Assembly: GCA_039588275.1 (NCBI GenBank)
Contig: JBDHAC010000037.1
Span: forward strand, 1 to 51,684
Source: Gemmatimonadota bacterium
Lineage (GTDB): Bacteria > Gemmatimonadota > Gemmatimonadetes > Palauibacterales > Palauibacteraceae
DNA length: 51,684 nt
Direction of reading: 5' to 3'
The translations under genes and the position numbers were made by a program. The notes beneath the pieces were generated by a model. It saw only the letters and a program-made list of their open reading frames with translations. It ran no database searches and had not been told where the DNA came from. Positions 22,129-34,673 of the stretch are shown here, one piece after another (the first letter of the stretch is position 1; every line of letters starts with the position of its first letter).

Positions 22129-23444
22129 GCCCCGCGTCGGAGGCGGGTCGCATAGGCACCATCCGTGCCGGCGATCCAGGGCCGCACGAAGAGGTCACCA
22201 CTGGCGGTGAGCATCTCCGGGGGAAGATCACTGTCGCGGGGCGGATCTCGCTCGAACTCCTCCCGTCGCTCGAGAAAGCTCTCGATCTGCACTTCGTTCT
22301 CCTCGGGTTCCAACGAACAGGTGGCGTATATGAGGAGCCCCCCCGGCTCCACGATCGATGCACACCCGTCGAGCAGCTCGCCCTGTAGCGTGGTGAGCGA
22401 CGCCAGCCGGTCATCGCTCAACCGCCAGCGGGCATCCGGGCGGCGCCTCAGGACGCCGGTCCCCGTGCAAGGGACATCCAGCAGTACGGTGCGCGCACGA
22501 CCTACGCCCGGGCGGCGGCCATCCGCCACGATGGGGAAGACCTGTGCGCCCAGCCGCGCTCCCGATTCCACCACGCGCTCCAGACGTTCCGCCGATGCAT
22601 CCGCCGCCACGTACGGCTGGGCCTCCGGAACCTGATGGCTCAACACCATGGCCTTCGTACCCGGAGCGGCGCACGCGTCGTATACCGGTCCTTCGAGCTC
22701 CCGACCCGCATAGTCTACCACTGCCGACGCGGCGGGGTCCTGCACCACGGCGGGCACGGTCTCCAGAAGTCGGGCCGGGGTCCCTCGAACGAGCTCACAG
22801 GAGCGCGAGTCGAAGCCCCCGGCTCCCTCCATGGGCGCGACCTCGACGTCGTCCCCCGCAACGCGGGCCGCGTCCTCAGGACCCTCCGGTCCGAGCAGAC
22901 GGACGAAGACCGGTGGCGGGACGTTGTTCTGCTTCACGAGGCGGAACGCGTCGTGCCAGCCCCAGCGGCCCAGCCACCGTCGAACGAGCCATTCCGGGTG
23001 GGATCCATACGTGGAGAGGTACCCGACCGGGTCCTCGTCTCGCGAGGGGTACGGGTCTCCGAGGCGCGGGCCTTTGGTCGCGGCCCGGAGCACGGCGTTG
23101 ATGAATCCGACGCGCCCGGGGTCCATGTTGCGGCTCGCATGTCGGACGGTCTCGGCGACCGCGGCGTGATCGGGAACGCGCATCTCGCGAAGCTGATACA
23201 GGCCCAGGCGAAGCCAATCGAGCACGTTGGCATCGATGCGATCCAACGGCCGATCGGTGAGCACGGCCAACTCCGTGTCCAGGCGGCCGCGCAACCTCAA
23301 GCAGCCGTACGCGAGGTCCTGGGCCAGGCCGCGATCGCGAGGAGCTACCGTCGGGAGGATGCGGGCGGCACTCCGGTCGGCGAACGCCCCGCTCCTGACC
23401 TCCTTCAGAATCCGATGGGCCGCGACTCGCGGATTCGCCCCCAT
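22125..23444 (-). CDS. rsmB: 16S rRNA m5C967 methyltransferase RsmB (NusB-like N-terminal domain)
   Basis: LRLGLYQL, FINAVLR, VQD, DACAAPGTK, DVPCTGTG and YATCS motifs. Confidence 0.93.
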   Translation of the reverse strand: MGANPRVAAHRILKEVRSGAFADRSAARILPTVAPRDRGLAQDLAYGCLRLRGRLDTELAVLTDRPLDRIDANVLDWLRLGLYQLREMRVPDHAAVAETVRHASRNMDPGRVGFINAVLRAATKGPRLGDPYPSRDEDPVGYLSTYGSHPEWLVRRWLGRWGWHDAFRLVKQNNVPPPVFVRLLGPEGPEDAARVAGDDVEVAPMEGAGGFDSRSCELVRGTPARLLETVPAVVQDPAASAVVDYAGRELEGPVYDACAAPGTKAMVLSHQVPEAQPYVAADASAERLERVVESGARLGAQVFPIVADGRRPGVGRARTVLLDVPCTGTGVLRRRPDARWRLSDDRLASLTTLQGELLDGCASIVEPGGLLIYATCSLEPEENEVQIESFLERREEFERDPPRDSDLPPEMLTASGDLFVRPWIAGTDGAYATRLRRGA

Positions 23445-23448
23445 CGCG

Positions 23449-24222
23449 TCAGGTGAGCATGCCCTCGAGAGGGCTCGAAGGCACGGCCCACTCGCGCTTC
23501 GGCATTCGGCCCGCGAGGTAGGCCTGGCGTCCCGCGTCGACCGCCAATTTCATCGCATGCGCCATTCGAACCGGGTCATCCGCGGCGGCGAGCGCCGTGT
23601 TCATCAAGATCCCGTCGACACCCTGCTCCATCGTGATGCAGGCGTCCGATGCGGTGCCGACGCCGGCGTCGACGATGATCGGCACGTCCAGCCTTTGTTT
23701 GATGAGCCGGACGTTCAGCGGGTTGAGGAGACCCTGCCCGCTCCCGATCGGGGACGCCAGCGGCATGACGGCAGCGACTCCGATCTCCTGGAGCCGCAAA
23801 GCCGTGATCAAGTCGTCGTTGGTGTAGGCGAGAACCACGAACCCCTCGTCGATGAGAGCTTCCGCCGCTTCGAGGAGCTGCGCCGTGTCGGGAAGTAGCG
23901 TGTCCTGGTCCCCGATCACTTCCAGCTTGATCCAGTCGTTCAGCCCGGCTTCGCGGCCCAACCGGGCGTAGCGGATCGCTTCTTCTGCCGTGTAGCAGCC
24001 CGCCGTGTTGGGGAGGAGAAAGAACTCCTCGGGATCCAGGTAATGGAGCAAGCTGTCACGATTGTCCGCGTTCAGATCGATCCGCCGAACCGCGACCGTA
24101 ACCATCTCGGCACCGGATGCCCGGATCGCGTCGACCGTCTGCTGCGGGCTGCCGTACTTCCCTGTGCCCAGAATCAGACGCGAGCCGAAGGCGCGGTTAC
24201 CGATAACGAGCGGCGCGTCCAT
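23449..24222 (-). CDS. thiG: thiazole synthase
   Basis: [44 protein letters not shown] 24222 with GGAGGTGG RBS inside the thiS 3' end. Confidence 0.96.
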   Translation of the reverse strand: MDAPLVIGNRAFGSRLILGTGKYGSPQQTVDAIRASGAEMVTVAVRRIDLNADNRDSLLHYLDPEEFFLLPNTAGCYTAEEAIRYARLGREAGLNDWIKLEVIGDQDTLLPDTAQLLEAAEALIDEGFVVLAYTNDDLITALRLQEIGVAAVMPLASPIGSGQGLLNPLNVRLIKQRLDVPIIVDAGVGTASDACITMEQGVDGILMNTALAAADDPVRMAHAMKLAVDAGRQAYLAGRMPKREWAVPSSPLEGMLT

Positions 24223-24223
24223 G

Positions 24224-24457
24224 TCATCCACCTCCGACGAACTGAACCAGCTCGACGCGATCGCCGGGCTCGAGTCGGATTTCCTCCAGCTCGGTGCGGC
24301 GGAGAATCTGTCGGTTCAGCTCCACGACCACCGTACGGCGGTCCACCGTCAGTCGCTCGAGGAGGCCGGCGACCGAGACCCCCTCCGGCACGCGGCGCGG
24401 CTCCCCGTTCACCTCGATCTCGATATCATGCATGTCTGTCTTGGGATTGCTCTTCAC
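24224..24457 (-). CDS. thiS: sulfur carrier protein ThiS
   Basis: IEVNGE...VVVELN...[14 protein letters not shown]-terminus; start GTG 24457 (GTGA overlap with upstream stop) or ATG 24433. Confidence 0.93.
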   Translation of the reverse strand: MKSNPKTDMHDIEIEVNGEPRRVPEGVSVAGLLERLTVDRRTVVVELNRQILRRTELEEIRLEPGDRVELVQFVGGG

Positions 24458-25116
24458 GCTCGCCCCGGGTCTTCGGTGTTCAGCTTCGCGCACAAGTCGG
24501 CCGCCGCCGTCACAGGGTCCGCGGACGCCCACACGGCCCGTTGTACCGCCACTCCGTAGGCACCCGCACGACGTACTACCTGCGCACGAGCGGCGTTGAC
24601 GCCTCCGATCGCGAGCACCGGAACCGTCTCGAAGCCATTGGCGTCGAGCGCGAGCCGGACGCGGGCCACGAGCTCCGGCCCGGCCCCGCTTTGGTCCGGG
24701 TGGCTCGGAGTGGCGAAGATGGTACCCAGGATCAGGTAGTTCGCTCCGCCCGTCGCGGCTGCCAGGGCGGCCGGGACTCCGTGCACCGACGCTCCGAGGC
24801 GGAGTGTGGACCCAGTCGCTGCCACCGCGCGCGCGGCCGCTTCCACGCCGATCGCGGTGCGGCCAAGCTGCACGGCTTGAGCACCGGCCGCCAGCGCCAC
24901 ATCGAGCCGCCCGTTAACGACGCACCACCCGCCGTGAATCGCCCCGGCGTCAGCCAGCGACACGGCGTGCGCGTGCAGCTCGCGCGCGGAACACGTGAGC
25001 CGGAGGTGAAGCGCGAGGGCGGGACCACAGCGTTCGTAGAGGGCGTGCGCGAGCCGGCGGAAGTCCGGCGCCTCCGCCTCGCGGTCGCCCGCCACGACAT
25101 GCAGGGACGGCGTCAC
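24454..25116 (-). CDS. thiamine-phosphate synthase/TenI family protein (TenI-like residues)
   Basis: ThiE/TenI TIM-barrel motifs LHLR, NGRLD, VQLG, GASVH, VLAIGG, GAYGVAV. Confidence 0.85.
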   Translation of the reverse strand: MTPSLHVVAGDREAEAPDFRRLAHALYERCGPALALHLRLTCSARELHAHAVSLADAGAIHGGWCVVNGRLDVALAAGAQAVQLGRTAIGVEAAARAVAATGSTLRLGASVHGVPAALAAATGGANYLILGTIFATPSHPDQSGAGPELVARVRLALDANGFETVPVLAIGGVNAARAQVVRRAGAYGVAVQRAVWASADPVTAAADLCAKLNTEDPGRA

Positions 25117-25120
25117 CGGA

Positions 25121-26074
25121 TCAGACGAAGCGCCCACCCTCCACCGCACCGCGACCCCGGATCCATGCGGCGGCGCTCATCCGCCGTCCCCCGGCTGGCT
25201 TGACGGCCCCGATGCGAATCGACCCCTTGCGGGCCGCCACCTCGAGCCCCGAACGGGGATCGGCTTCGAGTATCGTCCCGGGCTCGGTCACCACGTCGGC
25301 CTCGGGAGCCGCGCCCGACGGCTCCGAGACCCGAGGTTGGAACAACTGCACCGGAGACCCATCCAGCTCGCTCCACGCCCCCGGCCACGGGTCACACCCC
25401 CGAATCCAGTTCGCCACATCCTCCGCGTCCCGCCCCCAATCGAGACGCGCGTCCTCTCGACCCAGCTTGGGGGCGAACGTCGCTGACGCATGATCCTGCT
25501 CGGTCTCGGTGAGCGTTCGGCTCGAGAGGGCGTCGAGGACTTCGACCGTCATGGGCGCGCCGAGCGCGGCGGCGCGTTCATACAGCTCTCCGGCGGTCAT
25601 CTCGTCATCGATCGGGATCGGTGTTTGGGCGAGAATCGGGCCGGCATCCATCTCTCGCACCATGCGCATGATCGTGACGCCGCTTTGATGGTACCCGCGG
25701 ATGATGGCCCAATTGATCGGCGCCGCTCCCCGTAACTCCGGAAGCAGGGAGGCGTGCACGTTCACGGAGCCGTGCACGGGTAGCGCCAGTACCTCGTCGA
25801 CCAGGATGTGCCCGTACGCCGCGACGACGGAAACGTCGGGCTCGAGCTCGGCCAGCTCGCGCAGGAAGTCATCTCCTTTGGGGCGCTCGGGTTGCAGAAG
25901 CCGGAGCCCGGACTCCTGCGCGGCGACCTTCACCTCGCTCGGAGCCAGGCGGCGTCCGCGCCCGCGGCGGCGGTCGGGATTGGTCACGATGCCGACCACG
26001 TCGTGACCGGCGTGAATGATCGCTTCCAGAGTGGGAACCCCGAACTCGGGAGTACCCCAGAACACGACTCTCAT
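25121..26074 (-). CDS. fmt: methionyl-tRNA formyltransferase
   Basis: FWGTPEF, VVAAYGHI, NVHASLLPELRGAAPI, MDAGPI. Confidence 0.97.
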   Translation of the reverse strand: MRVVFWGTPEFGVPTLEAIIHAGHDVVGIVTNPDRRRGRGRRLAPSEVKVAAQESGLRLLQPERPKGDDFLRELAELEPDVSVVAAYGHILVDEVLALPVHGSVNVHASLLPELRGAAPINWAIIRGYHQSGVTIMRMVREMDAGPILAQTPIPIDDEMTAGELYERAAALGAPMTVEVLDALSSRTLTETEQDHASATFAPKLGREDARLDWGRDAEDVANWIRGCDPWPGAWSELDGSPVQLFQPRVSEPSGAAPEADVVTEPGTILEADPRSGLEVAARKGSIRIGAVKPAGGRRMSAAAWIRGRGAVEGGRFV

Positions 26075-26089
26075 CGGCTCAGCTGCCCG

Positions 26090-26608
26090 CTAGAGGCCGC
26101 CGCCAACCCGGCGCTCGGACTCCTCCATCCGCGTCCACTTACGCTGAAGCATCTGACGTTTGAGCGGGCTGAGACGATCGATGAACAGGACTCCGTCCAG
26201 ATGGTCCTTCTCATGCTGGATGCACCGGCTGAACAGGCCGTCGGCCTCGATCTCGACGGGTTCGCCGTCGGCGTCGAGACCCCGGACGACGATGCGGTCG
26301 CTCCGCTCGACGAGCTCGGCGAGGCCTGGGATACTCAAGCACCCCTCTTCCTCCTTCACCTTGCCATCGAACGATACAATCTCGGGGTTGATCAGCGCGC
26401 CCGGCTCCGTGCCGTCCTCGCGGACATCGTACACGAACACTCGGACCGGCACGCCAACCTGCGGGGCGGCGAGACCGATGCCGTCCGCGTCGTACATCGT
26501 CTCCATGAGATCCGCGATCAGCGCGCGTACCCCATCATCCACCGCCTCGACCGGGCGACACATCTCGCGCAGGACCGGGTCCCCGTAGATACGAATCTCG
26601 CGAATCAT
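26090..26608 (-). CDS. def: peptide deformylase
   Basis: GIGLAAPQVG, EGCLSIP, QHEKDHLDG; start ATG 26608. Confidence 0.97.
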   Translation of the reverse strand: MIREIRIYGDPVLREMCRPVEAVDDGVRALIADLMETMYDADGIGLAAPQVGVPVRVFVYDVREDGTEPGALINPEIVSFDGKVKEEEGCLSIPGLAELVERSDRIVVRGLDADGEPVEIEADGLFSRCIQHEKDHLDGVLFIDRLSPLKRQMLQRKWTRMEESERRVGGGL

Positions 26609-26678
26609 GGGGTGCGTCGCGGGTCGGTCGGACACTCGAATGCCCACTGCAAGACAGATCCTGACAAGAACAAGACGC

Positions 26679-26981
26679 TCAGTCGGCTTTCCTGACCGTG
26701 TTGATCCGGGAGCGCTCGACTTCCACGCGTGTCTCGCCCGTCTTGACGGTGACGCGATCCTCCTTCAGGTGCACGACGGTTCCGATGATCCCGCCGGCCG
26801 TCACGACCTCGTCTCCCTTCTCGAGCGCCTGCACCATCGCCTGGTGTTGTTGCTGTTGCTTCCGCTGTGGACGGATGAAGAGGAAGTAGAAGATGGCTAT
26901 GAACCCGGCCATCATGAACAACGTACCTGCCGGGTTCGCCCCGCCTTCCGCCGACGCCATCAGTATGTTCGCGATCAGCAT
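26679..26981 (-). CDS. yajC: preprotein translocase subunit YajC
   Basis: IFYFLFIRPQRKQQ, GDEVVTAGGIIG. Confidence 0.96.
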   Translation of the reverse strand: MLIANILMASAEGGANPAGTLFMMAGFIAIFYFLFIRPQRKQQQQHQAMVQALEKGDEVVTAGGIIGTVVHLKEDRVTVKTGETRVEVERSRINTVRKAD

Positions 26982-27038
26982 TACCGCTCTCCTGGGATGC
27001 AGGCTGCCGGCAAACTCGAGCGGCCTGCCAACGGGCTG

Positions 27039-29292
<2,254 letters not shown>

Positions 29293-29350
29293 GCGCTCTT
29301 CTTGCTCGGGGGCGCGATCAACACGCCGCTGAGAGACTCCAGCGGGCCGC

Positions 29351-30391
29351 CTAGCGACCATCCTCGAACAGACCGGGCTGTCCACCCTCGGCGCGCGGGA
29401 GCGCGTACCCGAAGCGCTCGTATGCCTTCGGCGTCGCGGTTCGGCCCCGAGGCGTACGCTGCAGATAACCGTTCTGGATCAGGTACGGCTCGTACACCTC
29501 CTCCAACGTGCCGGCGTCCTCGCCGATGGCGACCGCGAGCGAGCTGAGTCCCACCGGACCGCCGTTGAAGGTCTCGATGATGGCTCGCAGGACGCGCCCG
29601 TCCATCTCGTCGAGGCCGTACTCGTCCACGTTCAGGAGCTCGAGCCCTTCGCTGGCGGTCTTCCCGTCGATCGTCCCGTCCGCCCGTACTTGCGCGTAGT
29701 CCCGGACCCGGCGTAGCAGCCGGTTGGCGATCCGTGGCGTCCCGCGCGCCCGGCGGGCAATCTCCGACGCCCCGTCGGCCGTGATCGGTACGCCGAGGAT
29801 TTCGGCCGAGCGCTCGACGATCTGGAGAAGCTCACCCTCGGGGTAGAAGCCCAGGCGCTCGATGACGCCGAACCGCGCTCGCATCGGTGCAGTCAGGAGC
29901 CCGAAGCGGGTCGTCGCCCCGACCAGCGTGTACCGCTCGAGCTTCATGGAGAACGTTTGCGCGCGCGGGCCGTCGCCGAGCCGGATCTCGATCCGGTAGT
30001 CCTCCATCGCCGGGTACAGGAACTCCTCGATCACCGGGCGAAGCCGGTGGATCTCGTCGATGAACAGGATGTCGCGCGGCTCGAGGTTGGTGAGCTGGCC
30101 CGCCAGATCCCCGGGCTTCTCGAGCACGGGACCGGAGGTGAGCTTGATGTTCACGTCCAGCTCGCGGGCGAGCAGAATCGCGAGCGTCGTCTTCCCGAGC
30201 CCGGGTGGGCCGTAGAAGAGGACGTGGTCGAGCGCCTCGCCCCGTCCCACCGCGGCTTCGATATAGACCCTGAGGCTCTCCTTGACCTTGTGCTGGCCGA
30301 CGAACTCCGTCAGCCGACTCGGGCGTAACGACGTCTCGAGCGACGTCTCTTCGTCGAGGGTGTCCGGAGTCGTGATCTCGGGCCGGTTCAC
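29351..30391 (-). CDS. ruvB: Holliday junction branch migration helicase RuvB
   Basis: [34 protein letters not shown]; start GTG 30391 (GGAGG upstream) or TTG 30433. Confidence 0.98.
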   Translation of the reverse strand: MNRPEITTPDTLDEETSLETSLRPSRLTEFVGQHKVKESLRVYIEAAVGRGEALDHVLFYGPPGLGKTTLAILLARELDVNIKLTSGPVLEKPGDLAGQLTNLEPRDILFIDEIHRLRPVIEEFLYPAMEDYRIEIRLGDGPRAQTFSMKLERYTLVGATTRFGLLTAPMRARFGVIERLGFYPEGELLQIVERSAEILGVPITADGASEIARRARGTPRIANRLLRRVRDYAQVRADGTIDGKTASEGLELLNVDEYGLDEMDGRVLRAIIETFNGGPVGLSSLAVAIGEDAGTLEEVYEPYLIQNGYLQRTPRGRTATPKAYERFGYALPRAEGGQPGLFEDGR

Positions 30392-30429
30392 GAGCCGGTC
30401 CCTCCCGTGAGGAGCATCAGAAGTCCCGT

Positions 30430-31014
30430 TCAAACGTGTTGGAGGGCTCGCCGCACGAGCTCCTCGGTTCCGACTTCTCGCCCATCCCTCCCCTCCTGCG
30501 CGCGCCGGACGGCCTGTTCGCTCTCGACCTGTCCGTATCCCAACGCGCGAAGCGCCTGAACCGCCGAAGTGGTCGGCCCATCCCGCACGGGTATGTCGCC
30601 GTCCGCCAGGTCATCCAGCTTGTCGATGAGCTCCAGCGTGATTCGCTCCGCCGTCTTTCGCCCCACGCCGCTCACCGTTTGCAGCGCCGCATGGTCCTTC
30701 GCCCGGATCGCGGCCACGATCCTCCCGCCAGGCAGCGCACCGAGCAACGCGAGAGCCAGCCGCGGACCCACCCCACTCGCGCTCTGCAACCGTCTGAACA
30801 GCTCTCGGTCTCTGGAGGTCCCGAAACCGTACAGCTCCATGGCATCGTCCCGCACGACGAGCGACGTGTGGAGCTCGACCTCTTCGCCCGCGGCAGGCAG
30901 CCGATCGATGAGCGTGGCCGGCACCGAGATCTCGTATCCGATGCCCCCCGAGGTGAGCACCTCGACGCCATCGGCCCCCTTTGCCGTGAGACGGCCACGA
31001 ATCCGGCGGATCAC
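30430..31014 (-). CDS. ruvA: Holliday junction branch migration protein RuvA
   Basis: [35 protein letters not shown]. Confidence 0.96.
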   Translation of the reverse strand: MIRRIRGRLTAKGADGVEVLTSGGIGYEISVPATLIDRLPAAGEEVELHTSLVVRDDAMELYGFGTSRDRELFRRLQSASGVGPRLALALLGALPGGRIVAAIRAKDHAALQTVSGVGRKTAERITLELIDKLDDLADGDIPVRDGPTTSAVQALRALGYGQVESEQAVRRAQEGRDGREVGTEELVRRALQHV

Positions 31015-31033
31015 GTCCGGCCTTCCCTCCGAA

Positions 31034-31546
31034 TCACGCCCTGCCTACCCCGTGGAGGGCCACCGTGACGCCCATTCGATCCGTGCGGAAGAGGTGGCAC
31101 AGGGCGATCGCGCACCCATCCGCTGCGTCGGAAGGCCGGGGTACGTCCGCGAGCTTCAGGTGTTGCCGGACCATGAATCCCACCTGGGTCTTGGTGGCTC
31201 GCCCGGAGCCGACGACCGCTTTCTTCACCTCCGCGGGAGGGTATTCGTGCACGGGCAGGTCCCGAAGCGCGGCTGCGAGGACCGCCACACCGCGAGCGTG
31301 GCCGAGCAACAGGGCGGTGCGTGCGTTGCGCCCGGTGAAGATCCCCTCGAGCACCACGCATTCGGGCGCGAGACGGTCGATCAACTCGAGAAGACCCGTG
31401 TGGATGTCGATCAGGCGTTGCGTGAGATCCGCCCCGGACCCCGGTCGGATGACACCGCACTCCACCAGACGGGTAGACCCGCTGCGGCGTTCGATCACGC
31501 CGTAACCCGTCGCACGGCTGCCGGGGTCGCCTCCCAGGACCTTCAA
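31034..31546 (-). CDS. ruvC: crossover junction endodeoxyribonuclease RuvC
   Basis: DPG..TGYG, LE, LGHARG, VKKAVVGSGRATK, DAAD..AIALCH. Confidence 0.95.
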   Translation of the reverse strand: MKVLGGDPGSRATGYGVIERRSGSTRLVECGVIRPGSGADLTQRLIDIHTGLLELIDRLAPECVVLEGIFTGRNARTALLLGHARGVAVLAAALRDLPVHEYPPAEVKKAVVGSGRATKTQVGFMVRQHLKLADVPRPSDAADGCAIALCHLFRTDRMGVTVALHGVGRA

Positions 31547-31550
31547 CGGG

Positions 31551-32303
31551 TCATTCGCGGCCTGCCAGCGCGGCCCAGTCGGCTTCGTCCAGATCGACGT
31601 TGGAGTAAACCTTCTGCACGTCCTCGTGGTCTTCCAGATCCGTCATCAACCGCACCACGCGCTCGGCGTCTCGCCCTTCCACGTGCAGCGGGCTGGTTGG
31701 AATCATCGCCAGCTCGGCACCCTCGATCGGAAGACCCGCGGCGCGTAGCGCGCCTTCGATGCGATGGAACTCGGACGGTGCCGTCGTGATCACGTACACG
31801 TCGTCCTCCGAATCCATGTTCTCCGCCCCGGCTTCCAACGCCACCTCGAGCGCCGCATCCTCGTCGCAGCCCGAAGCGTCCACCAGGATCTGACCGACCC
31901 GTTCGAACATCCAGGCGACGGATCCGCTCTGGCCCAGATTGCCACCCTTCTTGTCCAGCAGGTGGCGAAGCTCGGCCACCGTTCGCTTCGAGTTGTCCGT
32001 CAGACACTCCAGCAGCAACGCCACACCGCCGGGCCCGAAGCACTCGTAGGTGGTCTCCTCGTAGCTGGCCCCGGGGAGAGCGCCTGTTCCCCGCTTGATC
32101 GCCCGGTCGATGTTCTCGTTGGGCATGTTCTGGGCTTTGGCGTTCTCGATCGCCGTGCGGAGCCGCGGGTTGAAGTCGGGATCTCCGCCATCTCGAGCCG
32201 CGACGGCGATCTCACGACCCAGCTTGGAGAACAGCTTCCCCCTCGCCTTGTCGTTCGCCGCCTTCTGGCGCTTGATCTGAGCCCATTTGCTATGCCCGGC
32301 CAC
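31551..32303 (-). CDS. yebC: YebC/PmpR family protein
   Basis: MAGHSKWAQIKRQK, NPRLR, TDNSKRT, EDVQKVYSN; canonical position upstream of ruvC. Confidence 0.96.
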   Translation of the reverse strand: MAGHSKWAQIKRQKAANDKARGKLFSKLGREIAVAARDGGDPDFNPRLRTAIENAKAQNMPNENIDRAIKRGTGALPGASYEETTYECFGPGGVALLLECLTDNSKRTVAELRHLLDKKGGNLGQSGSVAWMFERVGQILVDASGCDEDAALEVALEAGAENMDSEDDVYVITTAPSEFHRIEGALRAAGLPIEGAELAMIPTSPLHVEGRDAERVVRLMTDLEDHEDVQKVYSNVDLDEADWAALAGRE

Positions 32304-32357
32304 ACCGACACTCCCGATCCGGGTTCGTTCGCACGGGTCGAGACTCCAGCAGGCTGC

Positions 32358-34460
32358 TTAACGCGCGCCGTTCCCGTCCCGCTCCGCCTCCGTGATCACC
32401 TTCTGTACGACGTGAGGAGGCGCCTCTTCGTACCCCGAGAATCTTCGGGTGTGCAGGGCCTGCCCATGCGTCAGCGATCGCAAGGCCGCCGAGTACTTAT
32501 ACAGCTCGTTGAGGGGGACCATCGCCTTGACGACCTGGCGCGTGCCGTGCGACTCCATCCCGAGCACCCGCCCGCGGCGCTGGTTCAGATCGCCGATCAC
32601 TTCCCCCATGTACGCCTCGGGCGTTTCGACGCTCACCTCCATGATCGGCTCGAGCAGCGCCAGCCCCGCGTCGCGCGCCACCTTCTTGAACGCCAGCGAG
32701 CCCGCTACCTGAAACGCGATGTCCGACGAGTCCACCGAGTGATGCGAGCCATCGTACACCTCGGCCTGAAAGTCGACGAGCGGGTACCCGGCGAGCACGC
32801 CCTTCTGAGCCGCCTGCGCGATCCCCTTCCCGACCGCGGGCACGAACTTGGCCGGGATGACGCCGCCCTTGATCTTATCGACGAACTCGAATCCTTCCCC
32901 GCGCCCGAGCGGCTTGAGGCGCACCCAACAATCCCCGAACTGGCCACGGCCTCCGGTCTGCTTCTTGTAGCGGCCCTGCCCCTCGGCCTGAGCCTTGATC
33001 GTCTCGCGGTACGGAATGCGCGGCTCTTCGGTGTCCACGTGCACCCCGTATTTCCGGGTCAGCTTCTCCAGGCTGACGCTGAGGTGCAGCTCGCCGAGAC
33101 CGCTCGCGATCGTCTGGCCCAGCTCCCCGTCGTAGCCCGACTGGAAGGTGGGGTCCTCCTCGTGCAGCTTGGAAAGCCCGGTCGCGATCTTGTCCTCCTC
33201 TCCGCGGTGGCTCGCCGTCACCGCCAGCGAGATGTCGGGCTCGGGCCACTCGATCCCCGACATGGTCAGCTTGCGCGAGGACGCGCACAGCGTGTCGCCG
33301 GTGTGCGTGTCGCGCAGCTTCGCCACGACCCCGATGTCGCCCGGCGCCAGCCGCTCCACTTCCATGCGGTGGGCGCCGTTGGGGATGCTGAGATGGGAGA
33401 TGCGCTCGGTCGCTGAGCGCGCCGGGTTGAGCAGCGTGTCTCCGTTCCCGATCGAGCCCCCGAACACGCGGAAGAAGCTCAGGTCTCCGACGTGGGGCTC
33501 CGAGGTCGTCTTGAATACGAGCGCGGCCACCGGACCCGCGGGGTTCGGTTGTATCTCGACGGCCTCTCCCGAAGGGTCCTCTCCGAGGTGCGGGCCGGCA
33601 CCTTCCGGTGAGGGGAGCAATTCGACGATCTTGTTCATCAGGGCTCGCACGCCCTGACCCGAGGCTCCCGAGCCGCAGAAGATCGGGAAGATCTCGCCTC
33701 GCCGCATGGCGCTGCCGAGCACCTCGATCAGCTTGTCCCGGTCCAGCTCTTCGCCCTCCAGGTACGCCTCCAGGAGCTCGTCGTCGGCCGCCGCGATCGT
33801 CTCGATCAGCTCCTCGCGATAGCGCTCGACCTCGGCCCCCATCTCCTCGGGGATATCTGCCTCCTGATACTCTCCGCGGTTGGATCCCTCTTTGTAGATG
33901 TGGGCCTTCTGGGAGAACAGGTTCACGACTCCGCGGAATTCGGTTCCAGCCCCGATCGGGATCTCGATGGGAATCGCGGCCGGCGACAGCCTCTCGCGAA
34001 TCTGCTTGAACGTCTTCTCGAACGAGGCGTTGTCGCGGTCCATCATGGATACGAAGATGATCCGTGGGATTCTCCGCCCCTCACACGCCGCCCACGTACG
34101 CTCCGTGCCGATCTGCACGCCCGACACCGCGTCGATGACCGCGACCCCTCCGTCCGCCACGCGCACACCGGCCATCACCTCCCCGAGGAAGTCCAGGTAG
34201 CCCGGAGTATCGATGAGGTTGAGCTTGGTGTCCTTCCAGGCGGCATGGCCCAGCGCCAGGTTGATCGAGATCGCGTGCTCCGTCTCCTCCGGGGTGAAGT
34301 CGGTGAGCGCGTTGCCCTTCTCCACATCGCCCTTTCGGTTCGTGGTGCCGGCGATGTAGCACACGGCATCGGTCAGGGTGGTCTTCCCGCTTCCACCGTG
34401 GCCGAAAACGACGACGTTCCGGATGTCCGGTGTTTCAAAGACTCTGGCGGCAGACGCCAT
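32358..34460 (-). CDS. elongation factor G paralogue (EF-G-II/FusA2-like)
   Basis: 700 aa with the full EF-G domain set (EEDPT, GLGELHL, PYRETI, KKQTGGRGQF, DGSHHSVDSS, LLEPIM); outside the str operon; divergent G motifs; RBS AAGGAGG. Confidence 0.93.
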   Translation of the reverse strand: MASAARVFETPDIRNVVVFGHGGSGKTTLTDAVCYIAGTTNRKGDVEKGNALTDFTPEETEHAISINLALGHAAWKDTKLNLIDTPGYLDFLGEVMAGVRVADGGVAVIDAVSGVQIGTERTWAACEGRRIPRIIFVSMMDRDNASFEKTFKQIRERLSPAAIPIEIPIGAGTEFRGVVNLFSQKAHIYKEGSNRGEYQEADIPEEMGAEVERYREELIETIAAADDELLEAYLEGEELDRDKLIEVLGSAMRRGEIFPIFCGSGASGQGVRALMNKIVELLPSPEGAGPHLGEDPSGEAVEIQPNPAGPVAALVFKTTSEPHVGDLSFFRVFGGSIGNGDTLLNPARSATERISHLSIPNGAHRMEVERLAPGDIGVVAKLRDTHTGDTLCASSRKLTMSGIEWPEPDISLAVTASHRGEEDKIATGLSKLHEEDPTFQSGYDGELGQTIASGLGELHLSVSLEKLTRKYGVHVDTEEPRIPYRETIKAQAEGQGRYKKQTGGRGQFGDCWVRLKPLGRGEGFEFVDKIKGGVIPAKFVPAVGKGIAQAAQKGVLAGYPLVDFQAEVYDGSHHSVDSSDIAFQVAGSLAFKKVARDAGLALLEPIMEVSVETPEAYMGEVIGDLNQRRGRVLGMESHGTRQVVKAMVPLNELYKYSAALRSLTHGQALHTRRFSGYEEAPPHVVQKVITEAERDGNGAR

Positions 34461-34673
34461 CTACACCTCCTTCGACCACCATAGGTCAGGTGAGAGAACC
34501 GCATCTTGCAGGGGTTCGCGAACCGCCGGGTGGGGCGCGTCCCTCAGCGCGGCGCCGCGCCCCGCACGGGCAGCGTCGACGCCCTCCGGCCAAGCGGAGG
34601 GGGAATCATTCTAGAAGGGCCATGCGGCCGAGGCCACCCCTCCGGGGCCCGTGGAGCTCGTCGCCGGCCCGTC

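Noticed and set aside
25100..25200. TPP riboswitch upstream of the thi genes
   Set aside because: The genes abut fmt with no leader, and no CTGAGA/CCTGA core is visible
31764..33416. 550-aa plus-strand ORF
   Set aside because: Antisense shadow of yebC and the EF-G paralogue
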